Shown piece after piece: positions 61,617-64,000 of a stretch of 64,000 nucleotides of DNA. A model generated the notes under the pieces. That model searched no databases and was not told where the DNA came from. It saw only the letters and a list, made by a program, of their open reading frames with translations. The DNA is from Haliotis rubra (Eukaryota), in NCBI RefSeq assembly GCF_003918875.1, contig NW_025767179.1:1364001-1428000 (forward strand), in the 5' to 3' direction. A program made the translations under genes and the position numbers. Every line of letters starts with the position of its first letter. The first letter of the stretch is position 1.

Positions 61617-63637
61617 TGTAAGGCTCGGGTTGAGAGACTGTGATTTCTTTAATTGCAGGTCATCACAGGCTCGTCTCAGATTTGTTTTCCATATTTTTTG
61701 CAAGACTTTGTAACTGGAGCACTGCGGAGATATATATGTCTTTAAACATTACGGACACAATGAACACAAAATTACATAATATTATGGTCCCTCCGCCCAA
61801 TTTCAGCCGCGTGCAACAAAATAATCAAGAACATTGTAAAGTTGAGTCTTTTGGCCCAAGGATGAGTATATCAGGGGAGAGTCTCCCCCAAAAAGGCAGT
61901 CTCTATGAGACGATCATAAAGAATAATACATATTTTAGAGGAGGGGCATGAAAATGTACAATAAATTATAATTCGTACTTTGAAGTTTACACAGATTCCC
62001 GAACGTTGGGTGCTTGAGAGAGCGGTCATGTGATCTAAATTTCAAGGTTTATTTCTCTTGAACCCTTTAAATCGTTCATACGTGTGTAAACATCGTTCAC
62101 ACGTGTGTAAGCATTTTCCAGCCTATCTAGGTCACGTGAACTTTTGCCGGAACTACTTTCCGGGTTTTGCCAGGACACTCTCTGTCAAGCCTGATGTAAA
62201 CAAAATAAAAATTATTTGTATTCATAGGTCCATTTCAAATGACAGAAAGCACCAACTGAGCACAGTTTTGCAAAATCTGACTGACAACGCTTCCGAAAAC
62301 AAGTGCCCGCCAGCTTCGGTTTCAAGGAACACCAATGATCTTGGTGATGTCAATTTCGCGACAGAACCTGTTTCTGGTCACTCCAATGTTCGCAATGTCA
62401 CTACCTAACGGGTTTCGCCGAACATTGTTCCTTTTCACAAGAGTTTAATTTCTCGCAGTTTCCGGGTTCATCTGGTTTAATAATACCCTCACATTGATCA
62501 AAAAAGATGAAACACAGTTTCGTCTTTTAATTATTTGGGAAATGTAGTCATCTCTGAGACCCCTTATTATAGTTTAGCTATTTTTAAACGTGACTGAAAA
62601 ATATAGTAACAGATCTAGTTTACTATGATAACTTTGAAGTTTAACATGCCATCTCTTTGTGGAGAAAGGTTTTAAGGAATTTAAATTAAATGTACGTATA
62701 TATACTTCGTATTATTATCCCAGAATAATTAATTTGAATATTTTTTATGACCCTTGGAAATTCTTTTAAAATGAGTCAGTTGGTTTTCCCAGTGAATGTG
62801 TGAAAGAACTGTAATATGTAAGCATTTTATATGTTTGCCTAAAAGAATCATAGTTTACACAAGCTTACAACTAAAGGACATGTGAAAACAGCGACCTAGT
62901 ATTTTCTGTCTCGCATCGAAGAAACTCCCACCGATACATGAAATGGGATGATGTTGTTCAATAAATGCTGCGGCAAATGATAGAAAACAAAATGTGAAGA
63001 TCATAAATCATAACTGACACGCGTTCAATATTATCAGGCAGTAACCTTGTTCGAGAAATGTAACAATCGATATATTCTTAGAGGAACAATATCCCATCCA
63101 TCTCCAGCTGCCAAAGTAATGTGCTCCATGTCACGTGTCCATTATGTCAGGTATATACTTGACGTTCCGCGATGTCACACCTCGTGATTTTTCTGAACTG
63201 GTCACGTAACTTTGTCTCAGGTTGTTCACACTGGCGGATAGCCTCGCTGGTCAGCGGAGATAGCACACGTGACATCTATGTTCATGATATCCAAGGTTCT
63301 TTAAACATCATTTACAATCAGCAATCAATAAACATATTGTCGGTTAATCCTTTGAACAAACGACGTTGTTTTTACACAGGTACATTGAACTTTAAGACAA
63401 TATGTGAGTGTATTCCGTCAGTTTAGGTAACTCCCCACACATATACTCGTGGGAAATCCACTGCTCAAGATAACAGTCAAGGTATTGCCTGTAAATCCTT
63501 TGATCGATGTCTTATTTAGCTCAGCTGATATTAAATAGAGAAATAGATTACAAAGGTTTAAACAGAGAAGACGGGTCATGCCGTTTGTGTGTAGTTAGGA
63601 ACATAGATTCAGAATATCACTGTTGTTCAATTTGTCC

Positions 63638-63991
63638 GACCGCCTCCGTGGTGTAGTGGTTAGAGCGTCCGCCCGGAGAGCGGAAGGTCGCGGGTTCGAT
63701 CCCCGACCGCGTCATACCAAAAGACGTTAAAATATGGTACGTGTTGGTCCCTGCCTGGCGCTCGGCATTAATGGGTACAACAAAGACTGGTCGGCTCGGA
63801 GTCAGTATAATGTGTCTGAGTGGGGTATTCATGCTTCACTGCGGCATGGTATCTCAGTGGGCTAGCACTATAAAACCAGCTTATCTCTAGGCTAGTACAA
63901 GCAGCCGCACATACACATACACACGCATGCACGTCGTCATATGAGCGAAATATTTTCAAGCACGACGTTAAACCCAATTTCACCTCACCTC
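63638..63991 (+). mobile_element. tRNA-headed SINE of MetaSINE type (family 3)
   Basis: A box (tggtgtagtggttagagcg) and B box (gggttcgatcccc). The central gtcataccaaaagacgttaaaatatggtac...ccctgcctggcgctcggcattaa resembles the Meta domain. (cacct)n tail; an isolated tail copy lies near 11390-11458. Confidence 0.75.
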
Positions 63992-64000
63992 AAAATGTCC

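Noticed and set aside
62880-63004. Signal-peptide exon of EndoU (MIFTFCFLSFAAAF…)
   Set aside because: No convincing donor site in the right phase was found, so it cannot be supported; the first exon may lie outside the window.
63638-63710. tRNA gene
   Set aside because: The tRNA-like head is followed by a Meta-type SINE body and simple-repeat tail.

Overview
Eukaryotic (animal) genomic DNA: AT-rich, intron-rich and full of SINEs. The repeat families suggest a gastropod mollusc, possibly abalone-like (inference). Six genes were assembled by hand from splice sites. (1) A head-to-head pair of SLC18B1-like MFS transporter paralogs: only the first coding exon of the minus-strand copy is in the window, while the plus-strand copy is complete (13 exons, ~467 aa). 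(2) Two tandem minus-strand paralogs encoding putative secreted proteins built from five divergent, one-exon-each Cys modules (PAN/apple-like). (3) A small EGF-repeat single-pass membrane protein with a PY-motif tail. (4) A minus-strand EndoU ribonuclease with two somatomedin-B domains. Repeats include a ~2.9 kb 41-bp minisatellite, a 91-bp array that amplifies a splice acceptor, three SINE-type families, Tc1/mariner, L2-group and Penelope-like remnants, and several MITE or hairpin elements. The main oddities are: five decoy splice acceptors followed by stop codons; an inverted intronic copy of the EndoU catalytic exon; a non-tRNA SINE-like family whose precise 5' end folds into a pseudoknot (ribozyme candidate); and homopolymer-associated frameshifts. 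No prokaryotic features or CRISPR arrays were found. All coordinates were counted by hand and no database searches were run.
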